IMG/VR virus record: IMGVR_UViG_3300029183_000016 | Span: 1 to 37,071 of that record | Source of the DNA: a virus | Lineage: Duplodnaviria; Caudoviricetes | DNA length: 37,071 nt | Reading direction: 5' to 3' (one strand) | In this document: positions 27,098 to 35,061 of the stretch, piece after piece | How positions within the stretch are numbered: the stretch's first letter is position 1 | Layout: every line of letters begins with the position of its first letter | The notes under the pieces: model-generated | The model's input: the letters and a program-made list of their open reading frames with translations, nothing else | The model's database searches: none | What the model was told of the DNA's origin: nothing | Program-made: the position numbers and the translations under genes

Positions 27098-27523
27098 ATG
27101 AGTTTTCTAGGAAAAATATTCGGCGTTGGTGGAGCTTCAACAGCTGTCGGTGCTGCACAAGGTGTTGCAAACATAATCGATCAGTTCGTCCATACAAAAG
27201 AAGAAAAAGCAGCTGGCGAATTGTTAAAAATGAAATTGATGATGGAACCCGATAAACTTCAAGTTGAATTGAACAAAATTGAAGCAGCACATCGTTCAAT
27301 ATTTATAGCAGGTTGGCGACCATTCATTGGATGGGTTTGTGGATTCGGACTTGCTTGGCATTTTCTTCTTTATGATCTTTTGAATTGGACTGCTCTTCAG
27401 CTTGGGTCAAAAGTCAAACCTCCAGAATTGACAGGAACTGAAGAGCTCATTTCAATTGTCATGGCTCTACTTGGCCTTGGTGCAATGAGGACATATGAAA
27501 AGCTTCACGGCAAAGCCAAGTAA
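27098..27523 (+). CDS. Holin, GTA 3TM family
   Basis: EA.H.S.F.AGWRPFIGWVCG and LLGLG.MRTYEK..G signature. Confidence 0.85.
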   Translation: MSFLGKIFGVGGASTAVGAAQGVANIIDQFVHTKEEKAAGELLKMKLMMEPDKLQVELNKIEAAHRSIFIAGWRPFIGWVCGFGLAWHFLLYDLLNWTALQLGSKVKPPELTGTEELISIVMALLGLGAMRTYEKLHGKAK

Positions 27524-27530
27524 AACTAAA

Positions 27531-27597
27531 GGTTCACCAATTGCGTGTTCAGGTGAACCCTACACCCGCTGATTGTGTTCCTTCGATCAGCGGGTGT
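27531..27597. terminator. Tandem hairpins at the convergent operon junction; probable bidirectional terminator
   Basis: GGTTCACC/GGTGAACC (27531-27559) and ACACCCGCTGAT/ATCAGCGGGTGT (27562-27597); T-rich tail on the minus strand. Confidence 0.7.
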
Positions 27598-27608
27598 TCT
27601 ATCGAAAA

Positions 27609-27962
27609 TCATCCTTCATCAATCAAAAGCTTAATTTGCCTTTCTGCATAATCTTTTTGTGTTCGCCAAAAATCAATCTTCTTTGATCTGCTTAGATTGT
27701 CGAACCTTTTTACAGTTTCTTGAAAGCTTGTTGTGAAGGTTTTTTCAAATTCATAAATTGTTGGATCGGGTTTTCCGTACCGTGAAATAAGCTTCGTTAA
27801 GTTCAAAGGATATTCATCACATCCACAAAGAATTGTTGTTCTATCATTTCGATAAATCACACGACAAACGATCATTCTTGTTCCAGTTGATCCAAATTCA
27901 ATTAGATCACCAGCCCTTGGAACATTTCCACAAATATATGTGTCTTCTGGATCAGTGCTCAT
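27609..27962 (-). CDS. Hypothetical protein
   Basis: 117 aa; GAGGAG RBS; coupled. Confidence 0.7.
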   Translation of the reverse strand: MSTDPEDTYICGNVPRAGDLIEFGSTGTRMIVCRVIYRNDRTTILCGCDEYPLNLTKLISRYGKPDPTIYEFEKTFTTSFQETVKRFDNLSRSKKIDFWRTQKDYAERQIKLLIDEG

Positions 27963-28183
27963 TTCTTAAACTCCTCTATTTTCCTTATTGCTTTTTCAAA
28001 TCTGTAGACTGCTTCGAATGGAGTTTTGCCAAAAGTTGCCCCAACATCTCTGATGAAATTATAACCCTTTTCCCAACCTATTGTTATGGTTGTTTGGTGA
28101 GGTCCATAAAGCATTTCAGAACGACACCTTCCGTCATAAGCGAACCATTTTCCATAACCTCCGCAAACTTTGATATTTGTCAT
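27959..28183 (-). CDS. Hypothetical protein
   Basis: 74 aa; ATGA overlaps. Confidence 0.65.
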   Translation of the reverse strand: MTNIKVCGGYGKWFAYDGRCRSEMLYGPHQTTITIGWEKGYNFIRDVGATFGKTPFEAVYRFEKAIRKIEEFKK

Positions 28184-28455
28184 ATCTTGAACTCCGTTTT
28201 CTTTCCACGACCCATGTTGTAGGGTTTTGAAATCGTCACACCTGAATCTTTCAATCTTTCAATCAAAATATTCATTGTTGAAAGAGCAGTTTGTCGTTCA
28301 CAACCTGCTTTTACTCTTGCAAAATGTCCACCTTCATGGCAAACTTTCATAACTTCATCAAGGGTGATAATTTTTTCACCCAAAGACTTCTTTTTGCATA
28401 CCAATTCAAGTATTGCCATTTGGCGTTTGTTGAATACACGTTTTCGCTTAACCAT
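28180..28455 (-). CDS. Basic protein, possible winged-helix DNA-binding protein
   Basis: FNKRQMAILEL...L..L..RL...G..I......GRG.K..F pattern. Confidence 0.5.
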   Translation of the reverse strand: MVKRKRVFNKRQMAILELVCKKKSLGEKIITLDEVMKVCHEGGHFARVKAGCERQTALSTMNILIERLKDSGVTISKPYNMGRGKKTEFKI

Positions 28456-28458
28456 TGA

Positions 28459-28689
28459 TTATAACCTCGCCAGCAAGTCTTCAATCAACTTATCAGATCT
28501 TGGAGTTATGATTCCAAGGCCAGACATGCAAAGTCGAAAAGAATCAGCGTCTTCTTTCATCTTTTCAAAATCCCATCCATCAAATCTTCCTTTTTGATCT
28601 TTTATAACTGATGCTGAGTGATCGGTATTGAACCATAAATCAGAAATGAAAGGGCAATTTATTCTTTTTGGATTTTCAACATTTATCAT
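28459..28689 (-). CDS. Hypothetical protein
   Basis: 76 aa; AAGGAG RBS. Confidence 0.65.
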   Translation of the reverse strand: MINVENPKRINCPFISDLWFNTDHSASVIKDQKGRFDGWDFEKMKEDADSFRLCMSGLGIITPRSDKLIEDLLARL

Positions 28690-28955
28690 TTTTCTTCTCC
28701 TTGATAAAATCTGACATAATCAATTTCGGGTTCTCCAATTTTGTAATCAGAATTCAACCAGTGGGTCGGACCCCAATCAGGAAGTTGACTCCACCCAATT
28801 GGCATATGAGTGTCTCCTTTTTTAGCATTGTAGTAAGCATTGCCAATGGTCAAACCACGGTGGGCAACTGCATATCTTCCTGATTTGTTTGGTGGGTTTG
28901 TCATAGGCTCCCACGATGATATCTCGGTTTTTCCGAGGACTTGATCAACTTTCAT
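28686..28955 (-). CDS. DUF551-like small phage protein
   Basis: W.P...PP..SG.Y.V ... W ... PTHW pattern. Confidence 0.5.
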   Translation of the reverse strand: MKVDQVLGKTEISSWEPMTNPPNKSGRYAVAHRGLTIGNAYYNAKKGDTHMPIGWSQLPDWGPTHWLNSDYKIGEPEIDYVRFYQGEEK

Positions 28956-28956
28956 A

Positions 28957-30756
28957 TCAAAACTCCCAATTTATTGTTGATGTTTCAAATTTGGTCGAGA
29001 GGTGGTTTTCCTCCTCTTCCGTGTAGTTCTCGTCATTTTCACATCCTAGAGCTGTTTTAGGACAGGATTTTTGGCCTTTTAGGTCTTTAAAACCGAATTC
29101 CCTTCCGACATCTAGCACCAAAGAGGAAAAATTCTTCTTTTCACGAAGATTTCGCAAAACTGCATAATCAATGCAACCTCTTGCAATCATATCAACGTAA
29201 ACAGCTTTATCGCCCATTCCAATACGGTGAATTCGATCTTCACTTTGCCACCTGCTCAATGAGCTAAATGAATTTGAATAGTAAACTGAGAGCGAACAAG
29301 CTTTTTGAAGCCCGTCAAGCCCCTCACCTGCAGCCGCTGGAGTTGCAACAAGATAACGAATTGATTCATCGTTGATGAAAGCTGATTTATTTTTCACACG
29401 ATCAGCGTCTCTGGTCTCTCCAAAATAATCAACTGCAGAATTTCCATAAGATGTCATCAAATTGTATACATCTTGTTTGTATCTGCACCAAAGGATTGCT
29501 TTTTCAGGGTGCTCATCAAGGAATTCATTCAAAGCATCAAGGCGCGGGTTCTTGAAATTTTCTATTCCATTTTCATGCTTCAGAAATCCATTCGAAATTT
29601 CTTGAATCTTCCCTAATGTCGGAGCTGCTCCTTCAAAAAACAAATCTTCTCCGTTTGCAAGAGTATAGGTTTGGGTTTGTTTCAATTGAGCAATGGCTTG
29701 AGATTGTTCGGGTGTCATCTTGAAATGCAATAATCGATATTGTTTTTCTGGCAAGTCCAAGCACTCATTTTTCTTAACCCTGAAAACATATGGGGCTGTC
29801 AATTCTTTGAAACGGTCAAGGTTCCTAACCCCAACAACTTCTCTGCCTTCAAAACCACCCATGATGCAAAAGTCATTGCGAAACGTTGTCACATATCTGT
29901 GACCGATGATCGCTTCATTCAAAACTTTGAATTGTGACCATTCATCTTCAAGATTTTTTGCTAATGGGGTTCCAGTCATTATGATTTTTAATTCACATTG
30001 CTCTGCGATCTCAATTGCTGCCTTTGTGCGGCTGGCCTTGTAGTTTTTCAGGTAGTGTGTTTCATCCCCAACAAAAGCCACTCTGTCAGCGAATGCTTTC
30101 ATAAACAATTTTGCCTGAGTTGATGCTTTTTTGTGGATGATTGAATCAAAATTGAAAGTCACCCAAGTCAATCCATCAAATTTCTGAAAAGCTTCTTCAG
30201 GAAATGGCTTTCCTTTCCAAGCAAATTCTCTATGGTGAATGTTCTTTTGTGTCAAACTTTGAATCGGAGAAGGCTTTTGATTTCCTTCTTCATCAATTTC
30301 ACCTTCTGCCCATTGAACATGAACTCCTTTTTTCGCCAAAACAATAACAGCATCAATTTCATTTTTACAATATGCAAGATTGACCCGATCAATTGCCATT
30401 TTTGTTTTGCCTGTTCCCATTTCAGCAAATATAGCACATTCATTAATTTCATTGAATTTTTGTTTTGCACGCTCTTGATGTTCCATGTCTTTCAAAGGAG
30501 ACAAGAATGGCGGTCTTGGGTTCTCAATGTCAAACAGAGAAGAGCTTTTTTCACCTTCAGCAAGTTTTTTAACAATTATTCCTGCCTCGGCAACTTTTTT
30601 GATGTTATGTGGAGTTGCTTCAAACTTGAATGAGCCATCACTTAACCATTTACGATATCCTTCAAGAAACGGACTGAACATATGAACCTTCCGTCTGTGT
30701 TCATTTGGAATGACAACAAATTTTCCTTGTTGCATTATTTCAATGTATTCTCTCAT
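28957..30756 (-). CDS. SNF2-like (SF2) DEXH helicase
   Basis: EMGTGKT (motif I), DETH (II), MTGTP (III), AAGEGL (V), QSEDRIHRIG (VI). Confidence 0.92.
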   Translation of the reverse strand: MREYIEIMQQGKFVVIPNEHRRKVHMFSPFLEGYRKWLSDGSFKFEATPHNIKKVAEAGIIVKKLAEGEKSSSLFDIENPRPPFLSPLKDMEHQERAKQKFNEINECAIFAEMGTGKTKMAIDRVNLAYCKNEIDAVIVLAKKGVHVQWAEGEIDEEGNQKPSPIQSLTQKNIHHREFAWKGKPFPEEAFQKFDGLTWVTFNFDSIIHKKASTQAKLFMKAFADRVAFVGDETHYLKNYKASRTKAAIEIAEQCELKIIMTGTPLAKNLEDEWSQFKVLNEAIIGHRYVTTFRNDFCIMGGFEGREVVGVRNLDRFKELTAPYVFRVKKNECLDLPEKQYRLLHFKMTPEQSQAIAQLKQTQTYTLANGEDLFFEGAAPTLGKIQEISNGFLKHENGIENFKNPRLDALNEFLDEHPEKAILWCRYKQDVYNLMTSYGNSAVDYFGETRDADRVKNKSAFINDESIRYLVATPAAAGEGLDGLQKACSLSVYYSNSFSSLSRWQSEDRIHRIGMGDKAVYVDMIARGCIDYAVLRNLREKKNFSSLVLDVGREFGFKDLKGQKSCPKTALGCENDENYTEEEENHLSTKFETSTINWEF

Positions 30757-31124
30757 TTGAAACTCCATGAATTGTCATCTTTGATTTCAATTGGCCAATA
30801 AGACCTTGAATCAACGTAATCATTGTTCATTATTTCACCTGTGCGTTTGCTTTTTGCATACAATAGAACAGCAGCACCACGATCAATATCAAAAGTTATT
30901 GCATCAATTTGGCCCCAATAGCCTTTGTACCTTCCATGTGGAATTTTAACAGAACAACCTTTATTGCAAGATTCCCAATCCTTCTTAATTCTTTTCAATT
31001 GGGCAAGCAAGTTATTGATGTTCACAGGGGTGTACTCAACAGAACCCTCATCACCCTTCCAACAAGGGTGCATTGATCCAGTTTCATCTAGGTCGCGTAA
31101 AAATACATTCTTATTGTTTGACAT
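30753..31124 (-). CDS. Hypothetical protein (KOW/SH3-like C-terminal half)
   Basis: G..VKI..GRYKG..GQI motif; coupled to the helicase gene. Confidence 0.6.
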   Translation of the reverse strand: MSNNKNVFLRDLDETGSMHPCWKGDEGSVEYTPVNINNLLAQLKRIKKDWESCNKGCSVKIPHGRYKGYWGQIDAITFDIDRGAAVLLYAKSKRTGEIMNNDYVDSRSYWPIEIKDDNSWSFK

Positions 31125-31128
31125 GATA

Positions 31129-31341
31129 TCACCCTATCTTCCTTTCATTTATGAATTTGAATTCAGCAACAACTACCTCATGACCATTGTATTCACGTTT
31201 TGCATGAACAGCTCCAAAGATTGAAAAACCGTCACCAAGATGAACGTCATTGCACCAATGCACCTTAACACCTGTGTGAGTCATGTTCAGATGCAAGTAT
31301 TGATCTTTTTCATTCTTGACCATGTATTGTTGTATGTTCAT
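31129..31341 (-). CDS. Hypothetical protein
   Basis: 70 aa; AAGGA RBS; coupled. Confidence 0.6.
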   Translation of the reverse strand: MNIQQYMVKNEKDQYLHLNMTHTGVKVHWCNDVHLGDGFSIFGAVHAKREYNGHEVVVAEFKFINERKIG

Positions 31342-32513
31342 TTCATTAAATCCTTTTTGTTAAGGCCAGAAGAGCCAGCTGCTTTTGCAACTAATTTATG
31401 AAGAAGGAAGCTTTGAAACTCTCGACTGTTGTCTTTGAACTTATGAACCTTGTGACACCATTCTTCAAACAAAACTGCGGTTGCAAATTCAACTCCTTGA
31501 TCAAGGGCTGGCAATGCGAGAAAAATTTGATCTTTCACCTTATGATAAATTCCAAAGATGTTCGTTCCTAAAGTTTCAACAAGGATTACTTCATCAGGTT
31601 CCAATGTGCAATCCATCTGTTTTAAAATTGGAAAGCATTTCAACATTTTTGCTATGTCTTTTTCAGTTGCATTTGCTGGTGGGAATGTTCCATTTCGTTG
31701 ATCAGCTTTTTCAATTATTTTCAGCAAACTTTGATTCACATTCGCATCAGATCTGAATTGCTTTGCTGAATCCAAGAATGATTTTGATGGATTGGCACAA
31801 AAGCCAAAATTCAAATTTGCATCAAATGTATCTGTTTCAGAAAATAATTCAATAAAAGCTTCAGGATGCTCGCAAATTGGAATCATAGTTTCAAGTTTAT
31901 ACTCAACGTCCCATTGGCTTTTGAAAATTCTGTCTTCACTCAATTCCATTTCTGTCAAAATATTGTAAGTGTGAAGGGTTCCTTCTTGAACTGTTCCTGC
32001 TCTAACACCACGGTAAAATATTGATCTGTTTCTTCCAGGATGAATCTCTAAACCTTCACATTTTGTAAGAGGTTTTGTTTGAAGGAATATTGAACCTCTG
32101 TCAATATATTCTTTTTGAAGACCTGAACCTTCAATTTCAAACACTGTATCACCATGAAGTTTTTTGTCAGAAATTTGCCCACCCTCATCAATAGTATTCG
32201 AGTGAAGTTCTCTGTAAGCTTGCCAAAGTTCCCAGTTTTTTGCAAGCTCTGTTGTAAATGGTAAAGCTTCACCTTGCATGTAGCATTGGTTGAATATTTT
32301 ATTACGTATTGTCTTTTTTTGAACTGAAAAAACAAAACGTTCACTTCCACGGCGTAGTGTTATATTGTGACCTGTTCTCAACAAAACAGCAATGGCCATT
32401 TTTAGACCTGTTCCGAAAAATCCAATTGGGTTCTCATTTACCTTTGCTGAAACACCCATGATCCTTATCACATCAAGGTCAATCAGTCCATCATTTGCAA
32501 AATATACAGTCAT
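31338..32513 (-). CDS. GHKL/HATPase-like ATP-binding phage protein
   Basis: N.G..D...MG.S.K....IGFFGTGLK.A motif and RELHSNT.DE; GGAG RBS before the ATG at 32513; C-terminal LFEEWCH resembles a degenerate zincin motif. Confidence 0.65.
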   Translation of the reverse strand: MTVYFANDGLIDLDVIRIMGVSAKVNENPIGFFGTGLKMAIAVLLRTGHNITLRRGSERFVFSVQKKTIRNKIFNQCYMQGEALPFTTELAKNWELWQAYRELHSNTIDEGGQISDKKLHGDTVFEIEGSGLQKEYIDRGSIFLQTKPLTKCEGLEIHPGRNRSIFYRGVRAGTVQEGTLHTYNILTEMELSEDRIFKSQWDVEYKLETMIPICEHPEAFIELFSETDTFDANLNFGFCANPSKSFLDSAKQFRSDANVNQSLLKIIEKADQRNGTFPPANATEKDIAKMLKCFPILKQMDCTLEPDEVILVETLGTNIFGIYHKVKDQIFLALPALDQGVEFATAVLFEEWCHKVHKFKDNSREFQSFLLHKLVAKAAGSSGLNKKDLMK

Positions 32514-32514
32514 A

Positions 32515-32796
32515 TTAAACACTCCGTTGACAAATTGAATAATTCCCAGGAACACTCCAGATATATAAATGTTGACATTCATCTTCATTTTCAACACTTG
32601 ATCCAAAGATTTCTGTAAATTCTTCTCCATTGACCTGAACAGGTCTGCCGTTATGGTTCTCGAAAGTTGCAATAATTTCACCATCTTCGAAAACGTCATA
32701 AGCAACATTCATTCCATCATCAAAGATTTTGTTTGCACATGTTGCATGGAAACCTCCATCAATCCACGCACTGAATTGTAAATCTTGTTTTGACAT
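32515..32796 (-). CDS. Hypothetical acidic protein
   Basis: 93 aa; AAGGA RBS. Confidence 0.65.
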   Translation of the reverse strand: MSKQDLQFSAWIDGGFHATCANKIFDDGMNVAYDVFEDGEIIATFENHNGRPVQVNGEEFTEIFGSSVENEDECQHLYIWSVPGNYSICQRSV

Positions 32797-32808
32797 TTCA
32801 TTTTCCTT

Positions 32809-32982
32809 TCATAAGCAAAAATTTATCCCGACCATTGTAATGAACAATAGAGAGATAAGTTGAAATTTTTTGGAATTGGTGAGTTTTATTTCACCCTTCC
32901 TTTCAGCATCATCAATTATAATGAAAGCTGGAACAAAAATTCCAGCAAACATAAGAATGTTTACAGATATTATCCCAAACAT
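32809..32982 (-). CDS. Small two-TM membrane protein (57 aa; missing from the ORF track)
   Basis: Manual translation MFGIISVNILMFAGIFVPAFIIIDDAERKGEIKLTNSKKFQLISLLFITMVGINFCL; GGGAG RBS; fills the gap between neighbours. Confidence 0.6.
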   Translation of the reverse strand: MFGIISVNILMFAGIFVPAFIIIDDAERKGEIKLTNSKKFQLISLLFITMVGINFCL

Positions 32983-32983
32983 T

Positions 32984-33292
32984 TTAATGCTCCCTTATTA
33001 CGATTCCATTTTCGATCATCAAAACACCTTCATCGTGTGATTCTGATTGAAAATAGAACCCAAGACGTTTGAAAATTTTTCTTAAGCGCTGCTTGTCACA
33101 ATCATTTTCTGGATTTATTATAACAAGAACGTTCTTGTTCCGCGATTTCAAATCAGGAAGTACAGATTTATTCCAAAAATCAAGGAACTCACCTTGATTG
33201 CGTTGATCTGGTGGACACCAAACAATTGCAAGGTGGATAAATTGGCCTTCGTCGTTCAACAAGGCAACTGGAGATTTTGAAATTATATTCAT
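32984..33292 (-). CDS. Minimal/degenerate GNAT-like protein
   Basis: I.L..VW.PPDQRNQG (motif A-like) and RL..IFKRLGF (motif B-like). Confidence 0.45.
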   Translation of the reverse strand: MNIISKSPVALLNDEGQFIHLAIVWCPPDQRNQGEFLDFWNKSVLPDLKSRNKNVLVIINPENDCDKQRLRKIFKRLGFYFQSESHDEGVLMIENGIVIREH

Positions 33293-33498
33293 GCCTTCCC
33301 CCATTCTCTCAAATAATCATATTCAGTTATTACCTTTGGATTTTTCGTCCAAGTGTCAGAACTTTTGATGTATGATTTGACTTCTGTCACATAGTCATTT
33401 TTACAAGTCACTTTTGCTAAACGCTCGTTGTTTCCACAACGAACGAAAATTCGGTCTCCAACTTCAAGTTCAACAAAAAGTTTTGATCCTTTGTACAT
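33289..33498 (-). CDS. Hypothetical protein (SH3-like)
   Basis: AAGG RBS before the ATG at 33498; LEVGDRI.V pattern. Confidence 0.6.
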   Translation of the reverse strand: MYKGSKLFVELEVGDRIFVRCGNNERLAKVTCKNDYVTEVKSYIKSSDTWTKNPKVITEYDYLREWGKA

Positions 33499-33529
33499 AA
33501 CCTTTTCCTTTTCCAAGTTTTACAAAACA

Positions 33530-33722
33530 TAAGTCTTTGTTTTAGTTAGTTTTCAACTTTCCATTTTCGGATTTTTCTTAAGTTTCACCGTTTATAAGGT
33601 TATTATTCTTCTCTCTATAATAAAAATAACACAAAAAGAGAGAGTATAAAAACCCCCTAAAGGGCAAAACTGTTTGAAATTCCGAAAATGGAAAGTTGTT
33701 TTAGTTAGTTTTCAACACCTTA
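33530..33722. repeat. Imperfect palindromic element, copy 2, with 21-bp flanking direct repeats and IHF-like sites
   Basis: Perfect 18-bp inverted repeat 33554-33571 / 33681-33698. Direct repeat TTGTTTTAGTTAGTTTTCAAC at 33537-33557 and 33696-33716. Core 33616-33637 is identical to 4298-4319. Confidence 0.88.
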
Positions 33723-33959
33723 ATAATTCTTGTTTTCGATGTGGTTCGTTATCAAGTCAAGCTTTTGTTCAAGTTCATCAGCCCTTTTAAGCATTGAATT
33801 TTTGACATCTTCATTTGAAAAATCTTGACTTCGAAGTCGTTTTATAGCACTCGTTACTGATTCACGAGTATACCCATAAAGATCATCATAAGCACAGATC
33901 AATTCTGAAACGTCAAAAACTTCAGAAGTCAAAGTTTCATAAGGTGTTTTTTGTGACAT
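33720..33959 (-). CDS. Hypothetical protein
   Basis: 79 aa; GGAGG RBS. Confidence 0.7.
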   Translation of the reverse strand: MSQKTPYETLTSEVFDVSELICAYDDLYGYTRESVTSAIKRLRSQDFSNEDVKNSMLKRADELEQKLDLITNHIENKNY

Positions 33960-33961
33960 GT

Positions 33962-34168
33962 TTATTCCTCCACTATGCCAAAATAGTTTCTGTAGCCTGT
34001 TGCAGATCTTTCATTGTTTTCTTCAATTGAATCAAGAACTGAATAGACGACTGCATCAGCTTGTGTTTCATTGAGTTCAGCTTTTTCAATCGCCTCTTCA
34101 ATCGCCAATGCTATTACTCTTTGACGCGGTCGACCTATGTAGTTTGATTTTATCTTCATATCAATCAA
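33962..34168 (-). CDS. Hypothetical protein
   Basis: 68 aa; AAGGAG RBS. Confidence 0.65.
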   Translation of the reverse strand: MIDMKIKSNYIGRPRQRVIALAIEEAIEKAELNETQADAVVYSVLDSIEENNERSATGYRNYFGIVEE

Positions 34169-34547
34169 CTCCTTTTTTTGTTCGATTCAACTCATTGAAA
34201 AGAATTTGCCCACCCTCATCAATGAACCCTGTTTTGATTTTGTCGTATGCCCAAGCTATATTTGAACGGTTCAGCGAATCAGGGCATTTGTTTTCCCATT
34301 CAACTTTTTCATCTACAGGAGGTATTTTATCATCTTCAAGGCCGAATGCTGATTTGATTTCTGAAAATCGTTCCTCGATTGAATTTACAATCTCTGAAGC
34401 TTGTTCTTTGGTCCATTCATAATGAGGTGATCCACGTTCAATTGTCTTTGAGTATTTACTCAGAGCGTCCAAGGCTTTTTCAAGCCTTGGGGTTCCAATT
34501 CGCAAAAAACGTTCTGCTGCTGTTTCAACTGACATAATCAGGTCCAC
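34161..34547 (-). CDS. Hypothetical helical protein
   Basis: ERF.R....R.EKAL..L......Y..T.EQ...I...I pattern seen in small phage proteins. Confidence 0.7.
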   Translation of the reverse strand: MDLIMSVETAAERFLRIGTPRLEKALDALSKYSKTIERGSPHYEWTKEQASEIVNSIEERFSEIKSAFGLEDDKIPPVDEKVEWENKCPDSLNRSNIAWAYDKIKTGFIDEGGQILFNELNRTKKGVD

Positions 34548-35043
34548 CTTTCTTGCCTTTGTTTTCTTCAGTAATTTGCTCCCAATCAGGAACCAACTTA
34601 TAAAGACCCTTGATGCGCAGCTTGTTGTTCACTGACCAATCAGCATTTTGACTGTCCATGACCGCGAAAACGTGACTTGCTGTGAAAGCAAGAACAACCT
34701 TCGGAAGATCATTGAACGCTTCAGGGAAGCGACGGAATGAATGGCTCGTGATGTATTTCAACTCGCTGTGGTGCTTTGGGAAACGACGCAAATATTGACG
34801 CTTGTCAAGCAACTCCATCTTCCAACCAAGTTGCTTCAAAGATTTGTGAGTTGTTTGGCGATATGTGCCATCTTTGTCTTTACGGCCATTGTCTTTTAGA
34901 ATTTTATGAACAATGTCGTAATCAACTTTTGTTACGATGCTGATTGCTTTCACGGCACAATCATTATTTTCATCTTTTGCTTCGGATTTTTTCACCACTT
35001 CTTTATAGTCTTTGTGAGTTTCGACTTTTTTGATTTGTCCCAT
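34525..35043 (-). CDS. Putative papain-like (Cys-His) peptidase-fold protein
   Basis: E.NDCAVKAI.....Y..V...L...GR...GT and HVFAV.D...DW motifs; AAGGAG RBS before the ATG at 35043. Confidence 0.55.
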   Translation of the reverse strand: MGQIKKVETHKDYKEVVKKSEAKDENNDCAVKAISIVTKVDYDIVHKILKDNGRKDKDGTYRQTTHKSLKQLGWKMELLDKRQYLRRFPKHHSELKYITSHSFRRFPEAFNDLPKVVLAFTASHVFAVMDSQNADWSVNNKLRIKGLYKLVPDWEQITEENKGKKGGPDYVS

Positions 35044-35061
35044 TTCGGGTGCTCCTTTTTC

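Noticed and set aside
4857-27299. Numerous minus-strand and nested ORFs within the structural module (e.g. 4857-5468, 10698-11075, 13308-13643)
   Set aside because: Antisense or out-of-frame shadows of well-supported, tightly coupled + strand genes.
17023-27523. Gene transfer agent cluster, given the GTA-like tail and holin motifs
   Set aside because: Head genes are P22-coat/DUF4055 type rather than the HK97-type RcGTA set, the tape measure is long, and the flanks are phage accessory and replication genes rather than host genes.
27532-27580. Repeated GTTC resembling the alphaproteobacterial LexA box (GTTC-N7-GTTC)
   Set aside because: Spacing is 11 nt or more rather than 7, and the site is at a convergent terminator, not a promoter.
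32514-32708. N-terminal extension of the 456-aa ATPase ORF
   Set aside because: Overlaps the upstream gene 32515-32796 in another frame; an ATG with RBS exists at 32513.
33537-33716. Possible mini-CRISPR array (two 21-bp direct repeats)
   Set aside because: Only two repeats, the 138-bp interval is far longer than a spacer and is itself palindromic, and there are no cas genes.
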